A DNA stretch of 64,000 nucleotides, from the IMG/VR virus record IMGVR_UViG_3300037310_000131, positions 1-64,000 of that record. The stretch is one strand, 5' to 3'. A program made the position numbers and the translations under genes. Source of the DNA: a virus. Taxonomy: Duplodnaviria > Caudoviricetes. The notes beneath the pieces are model-generated. The model made no database searches, had not been told where the DNA came from, and saw only the letters and a program-made list of their open reading frames with translations. Of this stretch, positions 1 to 9,095 are shown one piece after another; within the stretch, counting starts at the first letter, position 1, and each line of letters starts with the position of its first letter.

Positions 1-112
1 CGTTGGCGGCGATCAGCTCTGAGTGACTATCGGTGGTGTGGCTGTGAATCAAAGCAAAGCCCCCCTTGTTGCGGGGTTCGCGGACTACAATTGCTGATTT
101 AAACTGGCACAT
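1..112 (-). CDS. 5' part of a second copy of the 143..988 repeat-protein gene (runs off the window)
   Basis: nt 1-127 are identical to 877-1003, which hold the ATG and first 37 codons of ORF 143..988. Confidence 0.6.
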   Translation of the reverse strand, partial: MCQFKSAIVVREPRNKGGFALIHSHTTDSHSELIAAN

Positions 113-127
113 GGTATTTGGGTTTTC
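1..127. repeat. 127-bp exact direct repeat, copy 1 (copy 2 at 877..1003)
   Basis: direct comparison; the copies diverge after ggttttc. Confidence 0.95.
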
Positions 128-142
128 TGAAAATTCAGGTTG

Positions 143-988
143 TTACTTGAGAGCCTGTTTGCCCGACACGATGACACCTTTGCCGTAGTCCTTTAGGTTT
201 TGGACAACCGCGCCATAGTTGTCCGTGACCGTGCCGCGGTTGCGGGTGATTGTGCCATGGTTGTCGGTGACCGTGCCATCGTTGTCGGTGACAGTGCCAG
301 AGTTGTAGGCGACCGCGCCATAGTTGTCCATGACCGCGCCATCGTTGTCGGTGACCGTGCCGTGGTTGTAGGCAACGTCGCCACGGTTGTAGGTGACCGT
401 GCCGTGGTTGTAGGTGACCGTGCCATCGTTGCGGGCGACCGTGCCACCGTTGCGGGCGACCGTGCCGTGGTTGTCGGCGACCGTGCCATGGTTGCGGGCG
501 ACCGTGCCATGGTTGCTGGCGACCGTGCCATGGTTTTCGGTGACCGTGCCATGGTTGTCGGTGACCGTGCCATGGTTGTCGGCGACCTTGCCATAGTTGG
601 CCACAATCCGAGTCATCGGCCCAACCGAAACCTCGCAGTCGGGGGGCACGATCCATGCCCCACCAAGCAGCGTCATGCCCGACCTGGGCACGATCATTGC
701 CTTGACGACTTCTGCCAGCTTGGCTGCGACCGCCTGCTTCATGTCCCTGTCAAACCATTCCGGGGTGCGTCCCTCATCAATGCGCAGGCTGTAGGTGTCC
801 AGCAGGTGTGCCTTGCTGGCGTCCTCGGGAGAATACTCCACCCGCGCAAAGCGAAGCCGCCCATCATCGCGCAATTCGTTGGCGGCGATCAGCTCTGAGT
901 GACTATCGGTGGTGTGGCTGTGAATCAAAGCAAAGCCCCCCTTGTTGCGGGGTTCGCGGACTACAATTGCTGATTTAAACTGGCACAT
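143..988 (-). CDS. phage protein with C-terminal heptapeptide (NHGTVAD-like) repeats, probable beta-solenoid
   Basis: 281-aa ORF, globular N-terminus MCQFKSAIV..., then ~17-19 N-x-G-T-V-x-x units. Confidence 0.8.
   Translation of the reverse strand: MCQFKSAIVVREPRNKGGFALIHSHTTDSHSELIAANELRDDGRLRFARVEYSPEDASKAHLLDTYSLRIDEGRTPEWFDRDMKQAVAAKLAEVVKAMIVPRSGMTLLGGAWIVPPDCEVSVGPMTRIVANYGKVADNHGTVTDNHGTVTENHGTVASNHGTVARNHGTVADNHGTVARNGGTVARNDGTVTYNHGTVTYNRGDVAYNHGTVTDNDGAVMDNYGAVAYNSGTVTDNDGTVTDNHGTITRNRGTVTDNYGAVVQNLKDYGKGVIVSGKQALK
196..605. repeat. 21-bp coding tandem repeat
   Basis: units such as gtgaccgtgccatggttgtcg inside ORF 143..988. Confidence 0.9.
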
Positions 989-1106
989 GGTATTTGGGTT
1001 TTCAGGTTATTTGTATTGCTGGCTTCAGCTTTCATGCAGGCAAGGTGCCTGTTTGATTGCCGTGGTCAAGTTGTCCGCGTCGGGACTACGCACCTATTAG
1101 GGCGGC

Positions 1107-1280
1107 TTATTTGGCTGCCTTGGCCGCTTCTGCGGCACGCTTGGCACGGGCCAGCCCCCCAATGCGGCCAATCTCCATGTAGTGCTCCCTGGTCCTGCGC
1201 TTGGCTTCGCCGGTTCCAGACTTGCCACCCATCTTGCCAATGGCACTAAGGGCGGAACGCTGTGCTTGTGTCAGTTTCAT
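1107..1280 (-). CDS. 57-aa basic protein with KGG-like stress-repeat motifs (below ORF-track cutoff)
   Basis: manual translation MKLTQAQRSALSAIGKMGGKSGTGEAKRRTREHYMEIGRIGGLARAKRAAEAAKAAK. Confidence 0.65.
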   Translation of the reverse strand: MKLTQAQRSALSAIGKMGGKSGTGEAKRRTREHYMEIGRIGGLARAKRAAEAAKAAK

Positions 1281-1383
1281 TTTGTCGTTCTCTTTTTCTT
1301 GTTGGTTGGTTTGCGGAAAATCCTGACATAGCTCTCATCCCACTTCTTTGGGTCAACTGGGCGCGGTCTGCTACCTTTCCCAT

Positions 1384-1602
1384 TCATGGCAGTGAAACCA
1401 GCCTTAAGACTTCGCTTATGTCCCTGCGAACCTTCTCCGCGAGGGCCGTGCGGTCTGGTAATTCATCAGGGAAGCCGTGCTTCAGCATCGCCCTCATTGC
1501 TTCATCCAGGCGGCGCAACACACCATGCATTTCCCCGGAATTAACAGCGAAGATGTACTCGTCGCGCTCCTCTGGAAGGCTGAACTCTAGTGTAGCTTTC
1601 AT
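1384..1602 (-). CDS. conserved phage hypothetical protein (MKATLEFxLPEE type)
   Basis: N-terminus is typical of a common small phage family. Confidence 0.65.
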   Translation of the reverse strand: MKATLEFSLPEERDEYIFAVNSGEMHGVLRRLDEAMRAMLKHGFPDELPDRTALAEKVRRDISEVLRLVSLP

Positions 1603-1681
1603 TGTTTGATCCCCATCTTCACCTGGATGCCCTTGGCGGCGAGGAGCGCGAGGCAAGCGGCGTGGGGGAAGGTGGGGGCGG

Positions 1682-2239
1682 TCATGGCTTCGGCCCCTCC
1701 TCTAAGTTCTCAAGGGCGCGGATGGCGTGGTCCACCTGTTCCGCAATAGTCGCCAAACGCCGTGACATCTCGCTAGCCGCTTCGTTGTCTCCGTATGCGT
1801 GGACAGGGATGCAGTGGTAAGCCTGCGCCCCAACCACCTCCAGCGCCTCCCGCACCAGTTCCATCGTCTCGGGCGCGGGGAAGTGGCGGCGGATGATCGC
1901 GGCCATGTCAGCCGACGTTGGCAGCATGTCCATGCGGTTGTCCGGCCAGTGGAAAATCTCCTTCGCCGCCTCCAGCGCGGGGTCGGGCTGTTGTTCGTTG
2001 GTCATGGTGATAAGATCGCAGGCTTGGTTGCACTTTTCGCAGACGTAGTAGCAGGTGCCCTCGTCTGACGAGGATACGCGGGCGGGAGCGCGGCAGCACC
2101 TGGAGGGGCTCATTTGCTGTCCTCCAGCGGCCACAGAGAGCGGCATTGCGCCTGCGCTCAGGCTGGCGTTGAACGCGCGTTCTGCCGCTGCACAGTTTTC
2201 GCGGAAGGCATCGATGGGTTGGCGTAGTTGGTCAGTCAT
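1682..2239 (-). CDS. hypothetical protein with Zn-ribbon (CC...CEKCNQAC)
   Basis: 185-aa ORF in the minus-strand run. Confidence 0.55.
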   Translation of the reverse strand: MTDQLRQPIDAFRENCAAAERAFNASLSAGAMPLSVAAGGQQMSPSRCCRAPARVSSSDEGTCYYVCEKCNQACDLITMTNEQQPDPALEAAKEIFHWPDNRMDMLPTSADMAAIIRRHFPAPETMELVREALEVVGAQAYHCIPVHAYGDNEAASEMSRRLATIAEQVDHAIRALENLEEGPKP

Positions 2240-2345
2240 TGGTGCGGCCTCCTTGTTCGGGGTGCGGCAGTCTTCGCAAGTCAGGGAGACGACGCGGAGT
2301 TTTTGGGGCGGGTAGCCTCTTGGGTGGTGGTTTTCATGTTGTTTT

Positions 2346-3062
2346 TTAGTCCTTTTTGTATTCGGGAAGCCGCCGGATAAGTGTCAAAAGCGTCTCGCGC
2401 TGCCAGTCGGCTTCGGCGGCCATCGCGGCACTAAGCGCGTCCCTCGCCGCATCAAACGGGCCACCCCCCTCGGCATCAACCGCATCCCATGCAATACTCC
2501 CGGCGGCTCGCGCCGCGGTGCTCGCCGCATCGCAAGCGGCTTCCCAAGAAGCGGAAAGCGCGGCATCACTCGCGGAACTAAGCGCGGCGGAAATCCCTGG
2601 GTCTGGAGATGCTATTGAGGCAGACCTTGCGGAGCCCCGAGCGGCATCCAATTCCGCACATGTGGTTTTGCAACCCATCCAGAGCCGTTTTGCCTCGATG
2701 GCACGCAAACCTCGCGGGTCTTTAACATTCGCCGCCCGTAGCGCACGCTCTGCGCACCGGCACGCGAACTCGTTCAGCATCCCGTCCGCATCTGCGATCC
2801 ACAGCACCTTATGGCGCGATGCGCAGAGCTTGTCAGCGCCGCACAAAATGTCGCCGGACAACTGCACCCGGCAGAGCATTGGGCCGGCGGCGTAGGTAAG
2901 CGCGCGCAGCGGGCACAGGCTTGCGTTAAGGCCAACATCGCACAGTTCCAGTGGCCGGTTTCCCTTGAGTGTCTTTCCAGCGACGATGCGCTCATTGCTG
3001 TGTTGCGTGCGCAGGCTGCTCTTGGCCCAGTGCCACGCGAAGATTCTGTTTTTGGAGTTCAT
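2346..3062 (-). CDS. phage protein with Ala-rich SAAW-like repeats and Imm5-like C-terminal region
   Basis: EFACRCAERAL...AIEAKRLW motif followed by degenerate AAWDAA repeats. Confidence 0.6.
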   Translation of the reverse strand: MNSKNRIFAWHWAKSSLRTQHSNERIVAGKTLKGNRPLELCDVGLNASLCPLRALTYAAGPMLCRVQLSGDILCGADKLCASRHKVLWIADADGMLNEFACRCAERALRAANVKDPRGLRAIEAKRLWMGCKTTCAELDAARGSARSASIASPDPGISAALSSASDAALSASWEAACDAASTAARAAGSIAWDAVDAEGGGPFDAARDALSAAMAAEADWQRETLLTLIRRLPEYKKD

Positions 3063-3179
3063 GGCTCACACTAAGAACAACCGCTTGGGGCTATTGCAAG
3101 ACCAAATTGGCTATCGCCCAGAAAAACCAGCGGATCGCCGCGTCGGCAATCGCATCGGGCGTGATCCTGTGAACCGTGC

Positions 3180-3500
3180 TCATTCCTCGTCCCCCGCGGC
3201 TATATCCATCATGAACTCCTCGACGCTCAGCCCACCGAGATCAAAGCGCAGCGGGTCGAACCCCCGGAAGTCCGGGAAGTAGCACGCATCGGCCTTCGCC
3301 TTTGCCGCATACGTGCGGGCGATGGCGTGGTCGGCCCTAATCTTGGTCTTGAACACTGCATCGACACACGCCTTTCCGGCTGGCACCACGCACCCAAGCT
3401 CATGAAAGTCGAAAACCACCTTGCACGGCGCTCCGTTGTGCAGAACGCGGAATCGTTTCACAGAGCGCTTTTCTGCGCTTTTATTTTTGGTCGCACTCAT
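3180..3500 (-). CDS. hypothetical protein
   Basis: 106-aa ORF, co-oriented with neighbours. Confidence 0.55.
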   Translation of the reverse strand: MSATKNKSAEKRSVKRFRVLHNGAPCKVVFDFHELGCVVPAGKACVDAVFKTKIRADHAIARTYAAKAKADACYFPDFRGFDPLRFDLGGLSVEEFMMDIAAGDEE

Positions 3501-3648
3501 TGGTTTGTTTTAGTTTCTGTTTCTAAGCCTTACTATCAAAGCAAGCACGACAGCGATTGCAAGCAGAAAAAGCCCATGCGCCCCGGGCTCTGGCACGACG
3601 GGATTGTTGCCTGTGCCTTTGCCCTTGCTGTCGTACGACTGCCACGCG

Positions 3649-3879
3649 TTACCCACGGCCGCGTGCCCCCAGTCGCCCCATGGCGTCTATGAACGCGCGG
3701 TGCGCCTCACCGGCATCGTCAATGCGCTTGCCCATGTATACCATGCCATCCTTGTCGATGCGCATGATTTCTGCGCCACCGGGCGTAAAGGTGGCGAAGG
3801 CGGCGGCTGGCACCTGTATCCCTTGGATTGGCGGGTGAACGTCCAGACTGGTAATCTTGTTGGCTTCTGTGTTGCTCAT
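3649..3879 (-). CDS. hypothetical protein
   Basis: start MSNTEANK inside ORF 3649..3942. Confidence 0.5.
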   Translation of the reverse strand: MSNTEANKITSLDVHPPIQGIQVPAAAFATFTPGGAEIMRIDKDGMVYMGKRIDDAGEAHRAFIDAMGRLGARGRG

Positions 3880-3960
3880 GGCTTGTGCTTCCTTGATTGC
3901 ATGGCTTCGTCTATGCGGTTCGGGGACTGGGCCCTCGCCCAAAGAATGGAGCGCGCAAAA

Positions 3961-4152
3961 TCACGGCCAGTGACTAGCGCGAACACGCTTCTTGCGGCCG
4001 TAAATGCGCTCCCACCCTGCGGCATAGGCTTCGTGGTTTGACGACTGCCTTCGCGCTGACCCCTTGCCTTGGGCTCGCTGTCGGGCGCGCAGCTCGGCGC
4101 GGGCGGCGGCGTTGATGGCGTCGATGGCTGGTGTGGGGCCGCCTTCATTCAT
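3961..4152 (-). CDS. small phage hypothetical protein (WERIYG motif)
   Basis: 63 aa, AYAAGWERIYGRKK motif common in phage ORFs; start overlaps stop of the upstream gene. Confidence 0.5.
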   Translation of the reverse strand: MNEGGPTPAIDAINAAARAELRARQRAQGKGSARRQSSNHEAYAAGWERIYGRKKRVRASHWP

Positions 4153-4561
4153 CGTTGTGCCTGTCCGGCCTTGGGTACCCGCGCAGCTTGAATCCGTTCA
4201 TGGGCAGCACGGTTTCCCCCCATGCGGACATGTCGGAATAGACAAGCTGCGTCAGATAGCCGCACAGGTAGGCGTGTGGCTCGTTGCTGCCGCGCTTGAA
4301 CTTGGCCCCGATGTACCGCAGCATGCGGTGGGTGGCATGAAAGACCTCGTGGCCGATGACCTCGTGGCAGAGCTCGTCGCGCTGGAACACGAGGCCGAAG
4401 TTGGCGTTGCGCCACAGGCACGAGGCAATGTTGACGCCGACGTCGATCTCGCCGAACATCGGCCTCAACCGCGCATTAATGGCCTCGGGCTTGTGATATA
4501 CGCCGACCAGCAGGCGCAGGTCGTATATCGGGACATGGTGAAGCTTGGTCACAACCTTCAT
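4145..4561 (-). CDS. HExxH zincin-like putative metallopeptidase
   Basis: VIGHEVFHATH followed by NEPHAY. Confidence 0.6.
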   Translation of the reverse strand: MKVVTKLHHVPIYDLRLLVGVYHKPEAINARLRPMFGEIDVGVNIASCLWRNANFGLVFQRDELCHEVIGHEVFHATHRMLRYIGAKFKRGSNEPHAYLCGYLTQLVYSDMSAWGETVLPMNGFKLRGYPRPDRHNDE

Positions 4562-5112
4562 TGGTGGCCTCCGGTTGGCCGATTGACACGGGATGCCTCG
4601 ATCTCCTTTTGCAAGAGGGCGAGGGCGCGCCACGCCACCTTGGCCGTGTGGCGCAGGCCATCCGCATCCCGGGTTCCGCGCTGCACAAAGTGGCGCATCA
4701 GGGCGTCGGCCTCGTCTGTGCTCTTGGAGCGGTCCCAGTGTAGCGGTTGCCCCGGGTGATGCTGCTCATTGCCAACAAAGCTGACGTTGGCGACCTCCAT
4801 GATGGCGTCAGGGAAGTAGTCGATTACCCCGCTGGCCACCGGAATGCGCTTGCGCGACTGCGGGTCCGACAGGCTGGGCACCGGGTTCCCCTGTGCCGTC
4901 ACGCCCGCGCCACCCTGCTTGGCCACCGGCACCTTGCGGTACACGCAAAAACCGATGCCGTTCAGCAGCCAAACCGGAGCACCATGATACGCGTCCGGTA
5001 TCAGCTCAAGCTCGCGTCCGCCGCACTCGCTCTCGAAGGAGTAGTAGTCACCGGGCTCTACCGGCCCGCGCTCCACGTGCTGCATGCCGGAGAAATGCTG
5101 TGGGTTGTTCAT
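4558..5112 (-). CDS. DUF5664-type dATP/dGTP diphosphohydrolase-domain protein
   Basis: RKRIPVASGVIDYFPDAIMEVANVSFVGNEQHHPGQPLHWDRSKSTDEADALMRH...HTAKVAWRALA matches the family pattern. Confidence 0.75.
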   Translation of the reverse strand: MNNPQHFSGMQHVERGPVEPGDYYSFESECGGRELELIPDAYHGAPVWLLNGIGFCVYRKVPVAKQGGAGVTAQGNPVPSLSDPQSRKRIPVASGVIDYFPDAIMEVANVSFVGNEQHHPGQPLHWDRSKSTDEADALMRHFVQRGTRDADGLRHTAKVAWRALALLQKEIEASRVNRPTGGHQ

Positions 5113-5114
5113 GT

Positions 5115-5306
5115 TTACACCAGCACGAGCGTCACCGCTCGCACCTGAACCTGATTGCCTGTTGTTTTGTGTTGCCATAGAGTGTATTCGTCAGAGAACG
5201 GGTCATAGCCCTTGCGGATGTACGCTGCGGCCTTGCGCCCAACGGCATCGAAGTCGCTTCCGTAGACCATGATGGCGTTGGTTCCAATGATTTTGACCTT
5301 GCTCAT
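5115..5306 (-). CDS. hypothetical protein
   Basis: 63 aa, stop abuts the next ATG at 5112. Confidence 0.5.
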   Translation of the reverse strand: MSKVKIIGTNAIMVYGSDFDAVGRKAAAYIRKGYDPFSDEYTLWQHKTTGNQVQVRAVTLVLV

Positions 5307-5387
5307 ATGAAAATCGTGCGTGCGTTCGACCTTGGTCGCAAGATTTTTCTTGCATGCTCACAGCATAGTAGCCAACCTAATGGAACA

Positions 5388-5549
5388 ATGAAGCCACAGA
5401 AGCCAAAACCAGCCTCCATCGACGTCGTACAGGACATTCTCGACCAGCTGGCGAGCGCCAAGCGCGCGCCGGCCAAGGCGCGAAAGCAGGGCAGGCTGTC
5501 TCAGCTCAACAAGCATCACAGAAGGCGTCGCTCCGCACTAGCGGAATAG
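5388..5549 (+). CDS. small basic hypothetical protein
   Basis: 53 aa, opposite strand to neighbours. Confidence 0.35.
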   Translation: MKPQKPKPASIDVVQDILDQLASAKRAPAKARKQGRLSQLNKHHRRRRSALAE

Positions 5550-5723
5550 TTTTGCGTGGTCTAGGTGGACCACCATGGCCGAGCATCGCCCCGTCTTTAC
5601 GATCACGTAAGGCCGATGGCAGACAGTTCCGCCTTGCTTGCCAGCGGCGGCGGCTGGCCTTGCGCGCGCCGCCTTGCGCTCCGGCTTGATGGGCGCGCCG
5701 AACAGGTCTACTTCATCGGACAT
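5538..5723 (-). CDS. hypothetical protein
   Basis: MSDEVDLFGAP start overlaps stop of the FkbM gene. Confidence 0.45.
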   Translation of the reverse strand: MSDEVDLFGAPIKPERKAARARPAAAAGKQGGTVCHRPYVIVKTGRCSAMVVHLDHAKLFR

Positions 5724-6309
5724 ACAGGGCGTCTCCAAATTGACCACCATGCCAGTCTGTCTCCACGCGCCGAAACCCATGGCCGGCCAAGAATGAGTCG
5801 ATTTCCTCGATCTTGGCGCAGCCCTCAAAGACCTCGTCACGGTTGACCTCAGTGAAGATGGCGTCGATCGCGCGCAGCCTCTTGCTGGCACCGCGCAGCA
5901 CTTCGAGCTCGTAGCCCTGAACGTCCATGTAGATGATGTTATAGTTGTCAGGCAGGCCGACATCGTCCAGCCGGCACACGCTGACGCCCTCCTTGCCGGT
6001 GAACTCTATCCACGGCAAGATGTCTAGGTGCGTCTTTGGCCCCAGAAGCGAGCACGACTGTCCGCCGTTGACTGTTTCCGTGTGCATTTCCGCCCTGTGG
6101 TTCTTGCTTCCAAGCGCAATTGGGTAGAGCACGGCATCGGGGTGCAGCTCCTTGAGCTTTGCGCAGTTGGACTCCAGCGGCTCAAAGTGCACAATGTGCT
6201 GCATGTTTAGCCCGACCCATACGGGGTGCTCCTCACCCCAGTGCGAGCCCACTTGGATCACTCCGTGTGGCCTGATACCGTGCTTGGCAATCATCTCTGG
6301 GATGTTCAT
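5713..6309 (-). CDS. FkbM-family SAM methyltransferase
   Basis: VIQVGSHWGEE, HFEP, RLDD, IIYMDVQGYELEVLRGA, IFTEVN. Confidence 0.9.
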   Translation of the reverse strand: MNIPEMIAKHGIRPHGVIQVGSHWGEEHPVWVGLNMQHIVHFEPLESNCAKLKELHPDAVLYPIALGSKNHRAEMHTETVNGGQSCSLLGPKTHLDILPWIEFTGKEGVSVCRLDDVGLPDNYNIIYMDVQGYELEVLRGASKRLRAIDAIFTEVNRDEVFEGCAKIEEIDSFLAGHGFRRVETDWHGGQFGDALYVR

Positions 6310-6354
6310 GTCTTTTTGACGATGTGAGAATCGGACTCAGCGCCGAGGGCGCGC

Positions 6355-6525
6355 TCAATCCACATTGATACCCTGACCCCAAATACCGAGCCGGCGACCG
6401 TTCCGATACAGCGGGCGGGGAACAGCTCCAGCGTCATATTTGAAGTCACCAGCATCTTGAAACGCCGCGTTCTGGCAAAACGCGAGGGCGAGCAGCGTGA
6501 GCTGTGACAGGATTTGTGTTAGCAT
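6355..6525 (-). CDS. small protein with signal-peptide-like N-terminus
   Basis: MLTQILSQLTLLALAFC. Confidence 0.35.
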   Translation of the reverse strand: MLTQILSQLTLLALAFCQNAAFQDAGDFKYDAGAVPRPLYRNGRRLGIWGQGINVD

Positions 6526-6530
6526 GGTGA

Positions 6531-7937
6531 TTACCTCCCAAACAGATTGTGCTGCAGGCGGCAGATTGGGCCGGTCTCGTAGTCGTATACCCACGCCATC
6601 GCCCCGCGCTTCTGGTGGTTGAACCCCTTGAGGCGGTGCCACTCATTGGGGGCAGTGAGACCGGGGATGAACTCCACGCTGACGCCCTGTTCTTCAAAGG
6701 CGGCCGGATTGCTGCTGCCCTTGCGGTGTTGGTCGCCAAGGTGCCACTCGCGGTAGTGGCACTCTGAAAAGTCGCGCCCGCGCTCGTTGGCCATGAGGGC
6801 GGCCAGACGGATCGGGCTCACAGAGTGTCCGTGCTCGTAGCCGATGAGCGTGGCTCCGTACCGATGGAACTTGTAGGGCGACGACGACGCGTCCACATGC
6901 ACGTTTTTGTCCTTGCGATAGTAGGCCCTCAGCGTGTGGGCGAGCGTGAAGTCGCACATGCGGCTGTGGTTGCCGGGCACTTCGTAGACGAAGACCTCCT
7001 TGGCCACCGCGCGCAGGTCGTCAATCATCCTGATGGCAATATTCTCGGCGCGCTCATAGACGTGGTGCCATGCCACCGATTCGGGCTGCCCGGTGCCAGC
7101 GGTCGTGGTGTGGAACACGTTGTCGGAATGCACAAAGTCGTTTCCGAACGGGAGAAAGACCTGCTCGAACGGGCCAAAGCGATTGGCCTTGTCCACGAGG
7201 TCGTGAATGGAGCCCATGATGGCCGCTTCGGCAATGTCGATGCCCCACGCCGCGTCGGCCTCCGGCTTTTCGCACAGCAGGCCAACGTGCGGGTCCATGA
7301 TGCAGACCTCAAGGGCGCGCCGGCTCGACAGCCGCCGCCTGCGGATGGCCGGGACATAGAGCGCTGGCGCGCTTTTCTCAAGCCGCCGTATGAGTGACTC
7401 CGTGGCAACGACCTTTGGGTTCTTGCGACGCAGCCAAACGTCGACCTTCCACAGCTCTTCGCGCACCGGCTGGCTGCTGGCGCGTGTCCATAGCGTTGAC
7501 TTGGCGCCACTGTTGGACGTGGAGATCACGGCGTCGCGTCCGGCACCACCAACGGTCGTTGCAGGCTCCCGCATCACAACCTCCCACCTGTTGACGCGGT
7601 ACTTCTCGACCTCCCAAATCGTGAGGTCAACCTTCGCCGCCTCAAGCAGCTGGTCCTTGCTGCGGATGGTTGCCGAGCGCGACGAGAGCACGGCACCAGT
7701 GTCCGTCTCCTCGTGCGCAAACTGCTCTCCGTTCCCCGGCGGGACCAAGCCGCCATCCGGCGCTGACGCCGACTTTTTCTTGCCGCTGATCACCAGCATT
7801 GCGCGCTGTACGGCACCTTGCGAAATGCCGAGCGCCTTGGCGATGCGGCACCTTCCATGCTCCGGGTTGCCCTCCATATACTGCCTGACTGCTTCAATGC
7901 GTTCTGCAAAATCACGCGAGCGTTGGTTATTCCTCAT
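6531..7937 (-). CDS. calcineurin-like metallophosphoesterase with N-terminal HTH
   Basis: DPHVG, GNDFVHSD, PGNH, EHGH, GDQH motifs; N-terminal GRCRIAKALGISQGAV. Confidence 0.8.
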   Translation of the reverse strand: MRNNQRSRDFAERIEAVRQYMEGNPEHGRCRIAKALGISQGAVQRAMLVISGKKKSASAPDGGLVPPGNGEQFAHEETDTGAVLSSRSATIRSKDQLLEAAKVDLTIWEVEKYRVNRWEVVMREPATTVGGAGRDAVISTSNSGAKSTLWTRASSQPVREELWKVDVWLRRKNPKVVATESLIRRLEKSAPALYVPAIRRRRLSSRRALEVCIMDPHVGLLCEKPEADAAWGIDIAEAAIMGSIHDLVDKANRFGPFEQVFLPFGNDFVHSDNVFHTTTAGTGQPESVAWHHVYERAENIAIRMIDDLRAVAKEVFVYEVPGNHSRMCDFTLAHTLRAYYRKDKNVHVDASSSPYKFHRYGATLIGYEHGHSVSPIRLAALMANERGRDFSECHYREWHLGDQHRKGSSNPAAFEEQGVSVEFIPGLTAPNEWHRLKGFNHQKRGAMAWVYDYETGPICRLQHNLFGR

Positions 7938-7971
7938 AAGACCTGCCTTTGTGTAGTGTTGGTTTTTGCTG

Positions 7972-8190
7972 TCAACGGAAAACGGGCGCACCAACGAGGG
8001 CGCACACGAGTGCCACTGCCTTAACTGGTGAGCTGCATTGCCCGACAAGTGTCGGGCCAACGTCCCTGTGCGCCCACGTCCATTGCCACCCTCCGCCGTG
8101 GGGCTCAAGCTTGAGCAGCCACCCGGAATTGCTGGCTTGCTTGGCCATGCGCAGTGCCGCCGCGTATGACGGCCACGAGCCGGTGCTCAT
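7972..8190 (-). CDS. hypothetical protein
   Basis: 72 aa, coupled to the upstream ORF. Confidence 0.45.
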   Translation of the reverse strand: MSTGSWPSYAAALRMAKQASNSGWLLKLEPHGGGWQWTWAHRDVGPTLVGQCSSPVKAVALVCALVGAPVFR

Positions 8191-8399
8191 TATCCGAACT
8201 TGAGCTTGCGCTCGATTTGCTTGTGAAGCTTCTCAGAAACCCCGTCCATCCGGTCTGCGCCATGGTACTGACGCACGCCAATGGAGTAGTCCTTTTTAGC
8301 CTTGCCGTTGGTCGCGCTGTCAGTGACCACGCACACGCCCTTCGCGCCACCGCGCGAGCGGTTGCCAGAGCAACGGTACTTCTTTTTCTGGAGTGCCAT
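8190..8399 (-). CDS. hypothetical basic protein
   Basis: MALQKKKY start, coupled stop/start. Confidence 0.45.
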   Translation of the reverse strand: MALQKKKYRCSGNRSRGGAKGVCVVTDSATNGKAKKDYSIGVRQYHGADRMDGVSEKLHKQIERKLKFG

Positions 8400-8400
8400 G

Positions 8401-8679
8401 TTAGTTGGTGAGGCAGATGGTTCCCTTGAACGGGATGAACTCTTCCTCGTTGAAGTCGTGGCGATACACCCCAAGAGACGGGGTGAAGTCTGTTGGTGGG
8501 GCGTCTTCACCAGTCGTAATGACGTTGACCACCACGCCAGCGTTTGGGGCGGTGAACAGGATCACATACAGCCAACCTGCGAGCGGCCGGCGCGTGATCT
8601 TGAGTGACGGCTGGTACCCTGCATCATGAGCGCCTGATTCCGGGTGTCCTTCGGATACTTGTGATTTCATGCCTGACAT
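8401..8679 (-). CDS. hypothetical protein
   Basis: C-terminus FIPFKGTICLTN is typical of small phage ORFs. Confidence 0.5.
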   Translation of the reverse strand: MSGMKSQVSEGHPESGAHDAGYQPSLKITRRPLAGWLYVILFTAPNAGVVVNVITTGEDAPPTDFTPSLGVYRHDFNEEEFIPFKGTICLTN

Positions 8680-8864
8680 ACGTAACACATCCGCCCGCGC
8701 GTGCAAGAAAAAAGTTTCGTTTGACTGCCCAGCGCGCTGCAGGCACACTGCGGCCAGTCTGGAAAAACACGGCCCCGCTCCGGGGAAACCATAAAGAACC
8801 CTCGAAAGTTTCATCCGTGGCGGTGGAGGGACGGGCAACTACCACCGCTCCAGACGCCCTTCAT

Positions 8865-9095
8865 ATGAACTACAGACAGAAACTGCCGAACCCAACAGAT
8901 GGTTGGCTGGCGCCCGAGCATGGGCGGATGGCATCAGGAATGCGGCGATTCAAACGCGGCATCCGTGGAAAGGACGGGCTGTGGATTGCGCGGCCCGGAG
9001 AAAGGATCATGCCAGAACCGGAGTGCCTTCGCCACCAACGAGAAACGGAGAAAATACTTCGAGAAAGAGCGCTTAGTCAACAGTTGACCTGTTAA
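8865..9095 (+). CDS. hypothetical protein
   Basis: 76 aa, first gene of the rightward unit. Confidence 0.4.
   Translation: MNYRQKLPNPTDGWLAPEHGRMASGMRRFKRGIRGKDGLWIARPGERIMPEPECLRHQRETEKILRERALSQQLTC

Noticed and set aside
196-605. CRISPR array or DGR template
   Set aside because: Units are contiguous 21-nt coding repeats without spacers; variation is not adenine-specific and no reverse transcriptase is in the window
4558-5112. Z-genome (2-aminoadenine) system
   Set aside because: No PurZ, DatZ or dedicated polymerase visible here
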